DNA of 64,000 bases. Source: a virus. Shown here in pieces: positions 10,285-20,015 of this stretch. A program made the position numbers and the translations under genes. Within the stretch, counting starts at the first letter, position 1. Every line of letters begins with the position of its first letter. The stretch covers positions 7,830 to 71,829 of the IMG/VR virus record IMGVR_UViG_3300030333_005399. One strand, given 5' to 3'. The notes under the pieces were generated by a model. It searched no databases, was not told where the DNA came from, and saw nothing but the letters and a program-made list of their open reading frames with translations.

Positions 10285-10565
10285 TACTTACTCCTATGTG
10301 TTAACAATGTTGGCGTACAATTATAAATACCTCTGATTAAACCGTCTTCATTCATAACTTTAACTTGCACGTTCTTACGCATAACTTTTTCAACTACACC
10401 AGGTGCAGTAGTTCTGCCATTCATCTTAACAGTAACTAGATCACCTTTCTTAAAGTTGAATCTATAGTTAGCAGTTAATTCATTAATACGACTGACAGCT
10501 AATTTATTTAGCATCCTCAAATCGTCTAAGTTCATGTTGTTGACTTGTTCTATTAATGTTGTCAT
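10284..10565 (-). CDS. Small SH3-like phage protein
   Basis: FKKGDLVTV...GVVEKVMRKNVQV; GAGG RBS and promoter motif upstream. Confidence 0.6.
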   Translation of the reverse strand: MTTLIEQVNNMNLDDLRMLNKLAVSRINELTANYRFNFKKGDLVTVKMNGRTTAPGVVEKVMRKNVQVKVMNEDGLIRGIYNCTPTLLTHRSK

Positions 10566-10589
10566 TTAGTAACCTCTTATTTATTATAC

Positions 10590-10652
10590 TAGAATCTACA
10601 CGATTTACCCGGTTAATGTACATGCTTTTTTTCACTTTTTTTCATTTTTTTT
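10590..10652 (-). promoter_or_regulatory. Conserved phage promoter motif, copy 2, with phased A-tracts
   Basis: GCATGTAC-N19-TAGATTCTA; three A7-9 tracts at about 10-nt spacing upstream. Confidence 0.8.
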
Positions 10653-11424
10653 ATAAAGTTATTTCGTGTTCATCCTCATATGTTTTCAAAATACGCTTAA
10701 CTAATGGGTGTCTAATACAATCATCTCTAGTAAATGCCATATGATCTACTCCTTCTATTTTCTTGAGTCTAAACCATACATCATAGAACCCACTTCTCTC
10801 GTAATCCATGACACCATTGTTTTTGTACTTGTCACATTGAGACATGTCTCCTTGTATTATCATTTTACAATCGTGAGATATTCTCGTCATCAGTGTTTTT
10901 ATCTGCATTGGCGAAACGTTTTGAGCTTCGTCTAAAATTACATAACAGCTTTCTAAGTTTACGCCTCGTAAAAAATTTAAAACTCCTATCTCAACTTTAC
11001 CATCAGAAACTAGCTTTTTGGCTTTATCCTTTCCAACGATACTATCAAGAATTGTAAATGTAGATTCATTATATTGTTGTATCTTTTTGTCTAATTCGCC
11101 AGGTAAATATCCAAGTTTATCCTCGTTTCCAACATCAACAGTTGGGTTTATTATGATTAACTTGTTGTACGGTGTTCCTCTTCTTAATACATCCTGTAGA
11201 GCCTTATAGATCGATACATATGTTTTACCAGTACCAGCAATTCCATGACACAAAATAAGCTGAGTATTGAAGTTACTTATCTTTTGATAAAATAATTGTT
11301 GATTATCTGTTAGTGGTTTGAAATTGTTAACGATCTTTGGAATTTGACCGACAGGGGATTTGTACATTTTACCATTGTGTTCATAACCATTTTGTAATCT
11401 AGGATTAATCTGCATATTCACCAT
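10651..11424 (-). CDS. phoH: PhoH-like ATPase
   Basis: GIAGTGKT, LGYLPG, LRG, DEAQN, GDMSQCD, RHPLV. Confidence 0.95.
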   Translation of the reverse strand: MVNMQINPRLQNGYEHNGKMYKSPVGQIPKIVNNFKPLTDNQQLFYQKISNFNTQLILCHGIAGTGKTYVSIYKALQDVLRRGTPYNKLIIINPTVDVGNEDKLGYLPGELDKKIQQYNESTFTILDSIVGKDKAKKLVSDGKVEIGVLNFLRGVNLESCYVILDEAQNVSPMQIKTLMTRISHDCKMIIQGDMSQCDKYKNNGVMDYERSGFYDVWFRLKKIEGVDHMAFTRDDCIRHPLVKRILKTYEDEHEITL

Positions 11425-11485
11425 CCTTATTTTATATTGTTAGTAACTGAGTAATTTAAACTAAATATCGATATATTCCTCCTTA

Positions 11486-12370
11486 TTAATCTTCCTTTTT
11501 GAGGTTTCTCAAATCTACACCACCTTTTAGTACAACTGATTCTTTTGGTTCTTCCTTTTCACCCATCATTAACTCATGAGCTGTAGGTGGCTTTTCACCT
11601 TCTTTATACATTTCCCACCATTTCTTTTTATTCTGCTTTCGTTCTTTCTTTACAGGAACACCTGCACCTATTTCAAATGCCATGTTTGCTGCAATAACTA
11701 GTGATACTGCTAGTGGATCAAATACGAATATCAATATGAATATAAAGAACTTTACGACTGTATCTATTTCAGTGTTAAAAACTCTAGCTAAATATATTGC
11801 AGGACCAACATCGATTCCTGTGTCTACAAGTATTGCTTTAAGATCTCCGATTTCCTGTTTAATATCTAACGTTGCTTGATTGATCTCGTCTATCTTTGGT
11901 TGATATTCTTCTCTTAACTTCTTGCGTGCTGTGCGATAATTGTCTGGTAGTTCTGCTATGGCATCTTCTAATTCTTGTTTTAGAAATATCTTATCTTCAT
12001 TTAATTGTTCTAAACGATCTTCTTTAAACATTAACACAGTAGATTGTTTTTCAAATTCTGTCGTTGCACCTTGATATGCATTTGACAGATAGCCGAATAT
12101 ACCAGCTGATGTAATTAAAATAAGAATTAATGTGCCGACTAATAAATAGTTTTTAAGAAACGTGGGTACCGTCTTCCAATATCTGTAGAGAAACGAGGCT
12201 GTAACAAGTTTTGCGAATTCCAAAGAGCCCGCCATAATAACAACACTCGTTTGAGCGCCGGCAAATAGTTTTGATAGTCCGAATACAGAGAAAAATGCTG
12301 CACTAATTGCAACAGCTCCAGCTGCAGCAGCGACTAAGTACGGAAATATTTTTGAGTTTACAAAATCCAT
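11486..12370 (-). CDS. Multi-pass membrane protein with central coiled coil
   Basis: Three N-terminal TM helices, coiled coil, IFVFDPLAV helix. Confidence 0.7.
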   Translation of the reverse strand: MDFVNSKIFPYLVAAAAGAVAISAAFFSVFGLSKLFAGAQTSVVIMAGSLEFAKLVTASFLYRYWKTVPTFLKNYLLVGTLILILITSAGIFGYLSNAYQGATTEFEKQSTVLMFKEDRLEQLNEDKIFLKQELEDAIAELPDNYRTARKKLREEYQPKIDEINQATLDIKQEIGDLKAILVDTGIDVGPAIYLARVFNTEIDTVVKFFIFILIFVFDPLAVSLVIAANMAFEIGAGVPVKKERKQNKKKWWEMYKEGEKPPTAHELMMGEKEEPKESVVLKGGVDLRNLKKED

Positions 12371-12372
12371 GA

Positions 12373-12561
12373 TTATAAGTCCTGATATTCAGCTATAATT
12401 ATGTCTCTACAGAAGTAATAACTGTCACCATTTCTCAAGACTGTGTCGGCTTTCCAACATTGTTTCCAATGGTCTAAGCCCTGAACCTCAACATCGGAGA
12501 CGATCATCCTACCAATTATGTAGTACATATCGTCTCCGACTTTTATGAGTCGTTTATTCAT
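12373..12561 (-). CDS. Hypothetical protein (start reassigned to ATG 12561)
   Basis: MNKRLIKVGDD...; the upstream TTG extension lies inside a structured segment. Confidence 0.5.
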   Translation of the reverse strand: MNKRLIKVGDDMYYIIGRMIVSDVEVQGLDHWKQCWKADTVLRNGDSYYFCRDIIIAEYQDL

Positions 12562-12642
12562 GCGAAGCCACCCTACAGCTACACTCAATCCCGTTTATCC
12601 TGATTCTATTGTTGAAAACGGAAATCACCTCTTCGCCTGAGT
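12562..12642 (-). ncRNA. Candidate structured RNA with pseudoknot
   Basis: Crossing helices ACTCA/TGAGT and GCGAAG/CTTCGC plus inner stem TTCCGTTT/AAACGGGA containing a G-U pair valid only on the minus strand. Confidence 0.4.
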
Positions 12643-12653
12643 AAACATATAAC

Positions 12654-13124
12654 CTAACTTATCTTAACGAAGTTCTTCTTAGGCATCTTTTCTTCATGCT
12701 TTGGAATCTCTATGGACAAGATACCATCCTTGAAGTTAGCCTTTACACTGTCACCGTCTAATGAATCTCCTAAAGTGAACTTGCGTTCGAAAGCAGAATG
12801 CTTCAACTCTCTACGCAATACAGTTGCATCACTATCTTCATCAAAACCATGTTTGCTACCCTTGATTGTCATAATTCCATCTTCAACCTCAACTTCTAGA
12901 TTCTTTTTATCGATTCCAGGAATTTCTGCAACTACACCAACTTTGTCATCGTATTCGTATACGTTAACCTTTGGATATGCTGTACCTTGAAATGGATTGA
13001 CACCAACAGTTTTAGCAACTTCTGGAAAGTTGTCTTCAAACATGCTGTCAAACAGTTTATCAAACGGTGTTAAAAAATTATCTCTTGAAATACCAGGAAA
13101 ACTGGTGTATCTAACTAAGCTCAT
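12654..13124 (-). CDS. Small heat shock protein Hsp20
   Basis: YPKVNVYE, AEIPG, FERKFTL, ANFKDGILSIEIPK. Confidence 0.95.
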   Translation of the reverse strand: MSLVRYTSFPGISRDNFLTPFDKLFDSMFEDNFPEVAKTVGVNPFQGTAYPKVNVYEYDDKVGVVAEIPGIDKKNLEVEVEDGIMTIKGSKHGFDEDSDATVLRRELKHSAFERKFTLGDSLDGDSVKANFKDGILSIEIPKHEEKMPKKNFVKIS

Positions 13125-13193
13125 TGTTTTTCTCCTTATGTTATTCTATGAACTAACTGAGTACCTAATCATTAGCGTACCCATATAGTATAG

Positions 13194-13275
13194 AGAAAAA
13201 ACCGTACCAAAAATATTTGTATGACAAAATGGCATTATACTTTTCATATGTGGCAAACAATTTGTCATATTGTCA
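13194..13275 (-). promoter_or_regulatory. Imperfect sigma54-like promoter with upstream repeat boxes, ahead of hsp20
   Basis: TGGTACGGTTTTTTCT at 13209-13194 (-12 reads TTTC); + strand boxes TGACAAAATGGCA 13222-13234 and TGTCATATTGTCA 13263-13275. Confidence 0.45.
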
Positions 13276-13557
13276 CTTAAACTCCAAACCGAAATGTTTA
13301 GAAATTTGTCTAAGCTTAGGATTCCACTTCATATTATTACAATCCTCTAAAAGCCTAATTGCTTCGTTTCTCTCCATCGGTTTCTTGAATGTTTTGCCCT
13401 TAAAATCTAAAGTGCTAGTATCAGACTTTGAACACAATTCCAAAATAGTCTTTAGCTCTTTATACGCATTAAATCCAGTGGCAGTCATTGGTATTTTACC
13501 ACTCTTAGATGCCATTAAAATGTACCTATCATAATCTGAAAGTTTATTAAAATCCAT
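13273..13557 (-). CDS. Hypothetical protein
   Basis: GAGG RBS. Confidence 0.5.
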   Translation of the reverse strand: MDFNKLSDYDRYILMASKSGKIPMTATGFNAYKELKTILELCSKSDTSTLDFKGKTFKKPMERNEAIRLLEDCNNMKWNPKLRQISKHFGLEFK

Positions 13558-13568
13558 TTATTGTTCCT

Positions 13569-13970
13569 CTATAGATTTGTTATTTGAATTAAAATTATTG
13601 CTGATGCTAGCATTATACTAATCACAGTTTTTATTGTTGGTATTTCACCTATAAACGCCCACGCCATTATTCCAAATATTATAGTTCCAACACCAAATCC
13701 TGCAAGTCTCATATTCCAAAATGCTCCGAAGTGTTCGTACGACCATTTAGTACTGTAGAAAAATAACGGTGCAATTACTAAACTTGTGAGATACATCCAC
13801 CACAGAGATTTCAGCCATGGTTTATCCCATACAACCCAAGCTTGTAACTGAAAAAATGCAAAAATTGAACCTATAACCTGTGCTATTAACGCTAATTGTA
13901 ATTTACTAAATTCCAAGTATTTCCTCATCTTCTTCAATGTCTGGTTCAGCGAAATCATATTGCTTATCAC
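13569..13970 (-). CDS. Small four-helix membrane protein (true start probably near 13928)
   Basis: Four hydrophobic segments. Confidence 0.6.
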   Translation of the reverse strand: MISNMISLNQTLKKMRKYLEFSKLQLALIAQVIGSIFAFFQLQAWVVWDKPWLKSLWWMYLTSLVIAPLFFYSTKWSYEHFGAFWNMRLAGFGVGTIIFGIMAWAFIGEIPTIKTVISIMLASAIILIQITNL

Positions 13971-14194
13971 CTATACCCTTTTTTGGATCATACGGATTTC
14001 CATGGATGTCATAGTATAGATCATCTTCCCATTTACCCTCGTGAAAGCCATCTGCAAAATGTTTAGTTTTATTTGGTTCTATTTTGTTTCTCCAAAACCA
14101 TTGTTCGAAGTGATACGTGCATACACTAATAACAGTTTTCAGTAAATCAGACAAACTATCATATAGTGTGTTTAATGTTGTCTTCATTGTGACC

Positions 14195-14728
14195 TCATTT
14201 ATGTGTGTGAAAAAATTTCTTTTTGTTCATAGTCTTCAACAGTTTATTGATTTCACTAACTTCATCTTCAATCATGTCAATAGATTTTATCATGGCTTTA
14301 TACTGTCTGTCTAGCTTAACATCTATTTCCTCTGTGGTGTCGAATAAATCATCTAGATCTACATTGATTGCTGCCATTCTATTTTGTGTTAAGTTTACTG
14401 ATGATGCAAACTCATCTATAGTTACCATTCTATTTAATTTGGCATCTATGTCCTTTTGCATTTTTATTAATGCTTCATCTGCAATCTGACCAGATTCTAT
14501 AAGTTTACCTAAGAACGTAATATCATCTAGTATTTTTCTCAACTGTTTGACATAACTCTGTATTGTTTTTGGATCATTTAAATCCGTGAACACTGCAACT
14601 TTATTATCAGTCTCTTTGTATTGCTCACCTAATTCTGCAACACGATCATTTGCTTTTTGTACACCAAGATATAATCCTGATGTAAAGCAAAATAACCCGC
14701 ATGCAATAATTGCTATCATCTGTTTCAT
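14195..14728 (-). CDS. Membrane-anchored coiled-coil protein
   Basis: N-terminal TM/signal segment and heptad-rich body. Confidence 0.55.
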   Translation of the reverse strand: MKQMIAIIACGLFCFTSGLYLGVQKANDRVAELGEQYKETDNKVAVFTDLNDPKTIQSYVKQLRKILDDITFLGKLIESGQIADEALIKMQKDIDAKLNRMVTIDEFASSVNLTQNRMAAINVDLDDLFDTTEEIDVKLDRQYKAMIKSIDMIEDEVSEINKLLKTMNKKKFFHTHK

Positions 14729-15318
14729 AATTTTACCTCAAATCCTATTTTAGCTTTATAAAATTCTTTACCTTGCAACTTTGATATTTCACCTAAGTTG
14801 TAAACTCTAATCTTTTCAGTAAGCTGATACGATACTTTAAATTTATCTTCAAATTCAAATGTATCTCTACCGTCATCTTGACTTGGTGGAAAGTATCCGT
14901 CAAATGAAATATCAACTTCTACTTTGTCATTCCAATATTTCTTTTTCTGTGACATACCAAAAGATACGAATGTTTCAAAGTTTTTACTAAACACATTCTT
15001 ATCGCTATTACGACTTGTAAAACCGAATGACCAATCCTTCCAACTTCGTCTAGAATCTATTTTCAAATATCTTACACCCTGACTTTCTTTGTTCATGTAT
15101 TCGGGTTTAAAATAAATACCGTTGTCAACCTTCAACCAAAACAAATCATCAATATAAAACTCTCCAAGTTCTCTTTCCCATTGTCTGTTAATATAAAAGT
15201 TGTCATCGCTTATTCCAACACTTACTTCATAATCGTCTGGATTGGGTTGCACGTTTGGTGTTCTTGCAGCAAACGATGTAAATAACATTACACCTGCTAA
15301 TAAACTATCTAATACCAT
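14725..15318 (-). CDS. Exported protein, possible small outer-membrane beta-barrel
   Basis: Signal-like N-terminus, alternating aromatic strands, C-terminal KAKIGFEVKL. Confidence 0.45.
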   Translation of the reverse strand: MVLDSLLAGVMLFTSFAARTPNVQPNPDDYEVSVGISDDNFYINRQWERELGEFYIDDLFWLKVDNGIYFKPEYMNKESQGVRYLKIDSRRSWKDWSFGFTSRNSDKNVFSKNFETFVSFGMSQKKKYWNDKVEVDISFDGYFPPSQDDGRDTFEFEDKFKVSYQLTEKIRVYNLGEISKLQGKEFYKAKIGFEVKL

Positions 15319-15491
15319 TATTCATCTCCTACTCCGAAGTATTCTAAAATACCCCAAACTACTACTATACTAATTGCAAAAAATAATATATAACTCATTA
15401 ATACTCTGGTCTCCTTCCAAAATTATTCTTTTCTATTCTCTTTTTTAGGTGACGTTTATACCACATTAAGAATAAAATCTTTTGCAGCCTA

Positions 15492-16427
15492 TCAACCATG
15501 TAACTCAAGATACTTTTCAACTGCTAACTCCTTCTTCTTTGCCTCGATCATAATGTCAACATCATTTCCATATGTGTCGATATAATCAAAGACATAATCT
15601 GAATGCGCTTGAGGTTTAATTTTAGGATCTTCTTTCTCTAAGCTTCTCGATTCTGAGTAGTGAACCGCTGGCGTAATGCCTTCAGGCCACGTCGACATAG
15701 CGAGCTCAAGTGCTTCACGTTCACTAAGCCCGCCATCACAAAACCTGTGGTGATGATAGTCGAACACGATGGGCACGCCAATACGATTGTATATTCCATT
15801 ATATAACTCCTTTACTGAATACATTGATTCCTTATCGTCATTCTCGACTGTCAATCGAGATCTAACTGATTCTGATAATAACTCGAAATTTTTGCAAAAC
15901 CTGTCCATTGCAGATTCTTTGTCACCGTATGCACCACCTAAATGTATATTAATTTTGTTGTATGGAGTTTTGCTTAGACCCATAAAGTCCATCATGTCTG
16001 CATGGTATTCCAAATCTTTAACACAGTTTTGTACAACGTGTTCGTGTGGAGAAGTTAGAACATTAAATGGACCAGGATGTGTAGTCAATCTAAGACCATG
16101 TGTGGTTGCTTTAATACCTGCAGAACGAAGATAACGTTTGATTTCCTCTAGATCAGGAAGATCTGTCCATTCATATTCTGATTTCCATGGTGCAAGTGTA
16201 GATGTCATGCGAAAAAACTTGTAGCCATTCAGAATATTCCAATCAATAATTTTATCTAGATCTTTTGCATTTTTAAGTGTGATTTCACTGGCATAACTAT
16301 GTCCTTTCTCTAGGAAAGTTCGTCTGATCATGGACCTACCAGTTGTGATTCGTTTAACACCTTTAGGCGGATATGATAATTTCATATTTATACATGCATA
16401 GCCATAATTCATAATAGATTGCTCCAT
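15492..16427 (-). CDS. uvsE: UV damage repair endonuclease
   Basis: GYACIN, FFRM, HPGPFNVL, HLGG, VENDD, FDYHH, HSD, MIEAKKKE. Confidence 0.93.
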   Translation of the reverse strand: MEQSIMNYGYACINMKLSYPPKGVKRITTGRSMIRRTFLEKGHSYASEITLKNAKDLDKIIDWNILNGYKFFRMTSTLAPWKSEYEWTDLPDLEEIKRYLRSAGIKATTHGLRLTTHPGPFNVLTSPHEHVVQNCVKDLEYHADMMDFMGLSKTPYNKINIHLGGAYGDKESAMDRFCKNFELLSESVRSRLTVENDDKESMYSVKELYNGIYNRIGVPIVFDYHHHRFCDGGLSEREALELAMSTWPEGITPAVHYSESRSLEKEDPKIKPQAHSDYVFDYIDTYGNDVDIMIEAKKKELAVEKYLELHG

Positions 16428-16651
16428 TTCATTAGTTTCATTTTTTTAAGAGACGCACCATTGTTTAGTTCCATATTGGTGATAATCTTATTTTCTACCA
16501 TCAGATCCATCATACATTTAACATCGCAAAGTTCTTGAATAAGCTTTTCATTCTTAGTGAATTCCTGTTTTCTTATTGCTTTACTACATTCCTGTATTAG
16601 TTCACCACATTCTTCCATGGTGATAACCATTAGTTCCTCTAACTTTTTCAT
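16409..16651 (-). CDS. MazG-like nucleotide pyrophosphohydrolase
   Basis: EECGELIQECSK...QELCDV. Confidence 0.75.
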   Translation of the reverse strand: MKKLEELMVITMEECGELIQECSKAIRKQEFTKNEKLIQELCDVKCMMDLMVENKIITNMELNNGASLKKMKLMKWSNLL

Positions 16652-16757
16652 TTAGACTTTTGTTTCCTTCTAGTATATCTTCGTTTGGGTTTATTCACTT
16701 TCGTTTTAACAACAACTTTCTTGCCCAATATAAAATCGATTACATTATTACATACGT

Positions 16758-17339
16758 TTAAAAATGTTCCCATTTGTTATCCTCTATTACTTTTTTTATT
16801 TTGTTTACTGCTTGACTTCCTATCCAACATTCGCCATCTTTAACTGCTCTATGATGATTGTAAAACATGTTGTATGGTCCTGGTTGGACATAACTTTCAA
16901 ATGATTTTGCATTTGCAATTGCTTTGATAAAAAAATCCCCTGTTGTTTCTTCTATATATGTGTTACATATAAAGTCTACGTTACCGGCCTGTGCATGATT
17001 ATAAAAGTGATCGTAGTTAACTGGTACCCACCAATCTTTATCCACTCTTGGACATTTTATTTCTATTCTAGATCCTTTCCATGCAGTTAGAGATGCAACA
17101 TCAAATGCATACGGTGGGTTTTTATGTCTACAAAACTGAGGAAACTTTCTAGTGAATGCAATTTCTGCTGCTACACCTCTCAATGCATCTAACGTAATCT
17201 TATCTTTACTTCTACTAGAATTTCTAGAATGTACACCTGTTGCGATGTTATCTATCTCAGTTAGTATATTATCTGGTATTGTTTCAGGATCGAATAGATA
17301 CGAAACGTTTATGCTAGTTGAAACTGCCGGAATTGCCAT
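16758..17339 (-). CDS. Putative PD-(D/E)xK endonuclease
   Basis: GVAAE...FDV...IEIK arrangement. Confidence 0.5.
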   Translation of the reverse strand: MAIPAVSTSINVSYLFDPETIPDNILTEIDNIATGVHSRNSSRSKDKITLDALRGVAAEIAFTRKFPQFCRHKNPPYAFDVASLTAWKGSRIEIKCPRVDKDWWVPVNYDHFYNHAQAGNVDFICNTYIEETTGDFFIKAIANAKSFESYVQPGPYNMFYNHHRAVKDGECWIGSQAVNKIKKVIEDNKWEHF

Positions 17340-17745
17340 CCCAATACTCCTTTATATATTGCTTTAAAACTTTATCTTTTACCATATCTGGATTTTTAGG
17401 TATATTCTCCATTTGAAATATTTCCCATGAATCCATTGCATATTCACCTATTCCTGGTAAATCGCCTACATGTACCCACGTTGGATCGTTTGTTACCCAC
17501 TGTATACTCATTTTTATTAGTGTTTCTGCACGTTTATTATAAAACCCAAGTGGCTTAAGTAGTTCTGCTAGTTCTGTTTCATTTGCGTACATCATCTTTT
17601 CAGGCGTAGGCCACTTACTAAATAACTCTTCTCGCACAGTATCTACTTGTCGTCTATGAGTTAAGTTGAGAAGTATACAGCAAACCAACATTTGCCATGG
17701 ATTATCTCTATATATTTCCTGTAAAAGTGGGCGTATTATTTTCAT
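17314..17745 (-). CDS. MBD4-like HhH-GPD DNA glycosylase
   Basis: PWQMLVCCILLNLT, LKPLGF, LPGIGEYAMDSWEIF, DKVL. Confidence 0.85.
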   Translation of the reverse strand: MKIIRPLLQEIYRDNPWQMLVCCILLNLTHRRQVDTVREELFSKWPTPEKMMYANETELAELLKPLGFYNKRAETLIKMSIQWVTNDPTWVHVGDLPGIGEYAMDSWEIFQMENIPKNPDMVKDKVLKQYIKEYWDGNSGSFN

Positions 17746-18280
17746 GTAATTTCATTATTAATTCTCTCATACCTTTTGTATAAGCTTTAGGGTTTTTAAA
17801 CTCTCCAGTAAAATGTTCTAAACAAACAGCTGCATCTTCCCAATCTGTTCTAGCAATAGTAGGACTTGGTACACCGTGAGCAACTTGATTTGCCAACTGC
17901 ATTACCCATTGTTGCATAACACCATCGATAATAGGTGCAATACCAATAACACATTCAATCTCACCATCTGAAAACGTTGCATACATTAGCATAACATTAT
18001 CTTCTATCCAATCAAGAGTCTTAGATTTTGGATAATCATGAAACTTTAGTAATCCATTGTACTTTTTAGCTTGACTTGTTTTGTACTCCAAGTAATCAAA
18101 CACCTTTCCACATGTAGATTCGAATGGACCTTGTCCATCCCATTTATGACCAAAACCTGTGTTACCTACATTAAGAAGTAAAGAAACCATTTCTTCTCTT
18201 CTATATGGGTCTTTACTTAACTCTCGCTTAATCCAAACAGATTCGTCTGGATTAAGCTTAGCTAATATCGATTCTAACAT
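17708..18280 (-). CDS. Hypothetical protein, weak nuclease-like EYK motif
   Basis: Coupled ORF; D...EYKT. Confidence 0.4.
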   Translation of the reverse strand: MLESILAKLNPDESVWIKRELSKDPYRREEMVSLLLNVGNTGFGHKWDGQGPFESTCGKVFDYLEYKTSQAKKYNGLLKFHDYPKSKTLDWIEDNVMLMYATFSDGEIECVIGIAPIIDGVMQQWVMQLANQVAHGVPSPTIARTDWEDAAVCLEHFTGEFKNPKAYTKGMRELIMKLHENNTPTFTGNI

Positions 18281-18534
18281 TAGAATATAAAATCCGCATG
18301 CCCATTAAGAGCAGCATTAAAATCTGGATGTTCATCTAAATACCTTTCAAACTCATCATCGCTAGAAGTAACAAATGGACCATCTTCATCAACGTCAACA
18401 TCAAAATTTCCAGTTATTAGATCTTCTTCACTAGGATCGAACATGTTATTATGTGCAAAAAACGCTTCATCACCTGGAACATCTCTGTCCAAGTCTACTT
18501 CAGTTGAAACGAAATCGTTATTTAAGTTTATCAT
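18280..18534 (-). CDS. Small highly acidic protein
   Basis: Asp/Glu-rich; first gene after a promoter motif; GAGG RBS. Confidence 0.6.
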   Translation of the reverse strand: MINLNNDFVSTEVDLDRDVPGDEAFFAHNNMFDPSEEDLITGNFDVDVDEDGPFVTSSDDEFERYLDEHPDFNAALNGHADFIF

Positions 18535-18559
18535 TAGTAACCTCTTTTATTTATTATAT

Positions 18560-18602
18560 TAGAATCTAAACGTAAAAGCCTGTTATTGTACATGCTTTTT
18601 TT
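18560..18602 (-). promoter_or_regulatory. Conserved phage promoter motif, copy 3
   Basis: GCATGTAC-N19-TAGATTCTA. Confidence 0.8.
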
Positions 18603-18611
18603 CAATTATTT

Positions 18612-18746
18612 TTAATTAAATCCAGTCGTTAATAAACTATCAACGTACGACTCTTCGTCTTCATCATCATAAACATCACAGTGTTCATGACAATCTGAAC
18701 ATATATCGTGTAGTATTATTGTAGCATCACAGCAATCACTATACAT
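18612..18746 (-). CDS. Small Cys-rich zinc-ribbon-like protein (44 aa)
   Basis: MYSDCCDATIILHDICSDCHEHCD...; AGGAG RBS. Confidence 0.6.
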   Translation of the reverse strand: MYSDCCDATIILHDICSDCHEHCDVYDDEDEESYVDSLLTTGFN

Positions 18747-18900
18747 ATATTACTCCTTTTCTAGTTCTATTATTAAATCTACAACTTTGCCATGAGCTTC
18801 ATCAATGTAATATAATGAATCACTATTGATCTCACCATCATGACCAGTATTATACGCATCAGTTAGCGTACCTTCTAAGTCTCTTAAAAACTCTAATATT

Positions 18901-19242
18901 TTATCTGTATCCATGTGCTAAATCTCCCCACATTAATAAAGAACAAACAACTAATTCATCGCCAGGTTTCCATAACCTATTTTCTGGTAGATCATTGTAC
19001 TCTCTGTAGATTTCACCAGTTGTACTATTCCAGATTTGGTCAATCTCAATATCATCACCATTAAGATGCCAATCCACTGTAATTTCATAATTCTTAGCAA
19101 TTGCTTCATCACGCTCTGGATGTGCAAGCATTTTACCTTCAAATAGTAATTGTGCAATTGTAACTTCTCTAACACCATTTCCAACTTCATCGACACCTAT
19201 ATTGTCGTTAGCGTTGAAAACTGTTTCTTTTGTATTTAACAT
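18901..19242 (-). CDS. Hypothetical acidic protein
   Basis: GAGG RBS and promoter motif upstream. Confidence 0.6.
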   Translation of the reverse strand: MLNTKETVFNANDNIGVDEVGNGVREVTIAQLLFEGKMLAHPERDEAIAKNYEITVDWHLNGDDIEIDQIWNSTTGEIYREYNDLPENRLWKPGDELVVCSLLMWGDLAHGYR

Positions 19243-19266
19243 TTAGTAACCTCTTGTATATTATAC

Positions 19267-19308
19267 TAGAATCTAAACGTTTCAGGGATTAAAGTACATG
19301 CTTTTTTT
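19267..19308 (-). promoter_or_regulatory. Conserved phage promoter motif, copy 4
   Basis: GCATGTAC-N18-TAGATTCTA. Confidence 0.8.
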
Positions 19309-19415
19309 CACTTTTTTTAAAGTTTTTTACTCTTTTAATTTGAAGCGTATTGATTAAAAATTTAATACTTTCTTGGACATCTTCGTCCATTGATCCAAAT
19401 AACTTCTGTATTTTT

Positions 19416-20015
19416 TTATTCACCGTGATTTGATAATAACCAAGTTGTTGCTATGTATTTGTTGTTACTAATAGGCATACTGCCTCTGTGAACATATGGA
19501 AAACCCGCAGGCCAAATACAAAATGTACCAGCTTTAGGTGTAACTTTAAAATCTGTATACAAAAAATCTGTAGTACCACCCTCGGTCACATCATTCAAGT
19601 AATACATAACTACAAACATTCTCTTACAAAACTTTTTTAGCTGTGGTTCTTCTGTATGCCATGCATTGTAGTGACCCTCATCTTTTATATATCTCTGTAT
19701 TTGCCACGATGGATAATGAGATCCTTCGATAAACATACAGAATGGATCCCACTCACTTAGCTTACCATAACCTTCTAAATATTTGTCAACGTATTCGTTA
19801 GACCTGACACAGAACAAATCAAACATGTGACCGTCCCACATGGTAAGATCTCTGGTATTTTTATAATCGTGCCTTACTCCTCCAGCTGTTTCGCCTTCGA
19901 ATGTGTTCTCTATATTATCTTCGAAGTGTTGTATAGCTGCATCACATTCTCCTTGCGTTAATGCATTTGGAAAGACACCTATCGTATCATTAAAATCGTA
20001 TATTCTTTTAAACAT
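19416..20015 (-). CDS. 2OG-Fe(II) oxygenase
   Basis: WHTE (HxD/E), YYLND, GGTTDF, HRG, KYIAT. Confidence 0.9.
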   Translation of the reverse strand: MFKRIYDFNDTIGVFPNALTQGECDAAIQHFEDNIENTFEGETAGGVRHDYKNTRDLTMWDGHMFDLFCVRSNEYVDKYLEGYGKLSEWDPFCMFIEGSHYPSWQIQRYIKDEGHYNAWHTEEPQLKKFCKRMFVVMYYLNDVTEGGTTDFLYTDFKVTPKAGTFCIWPAGFPYVHRGSMPISNNKYIATTWLLSNHGE

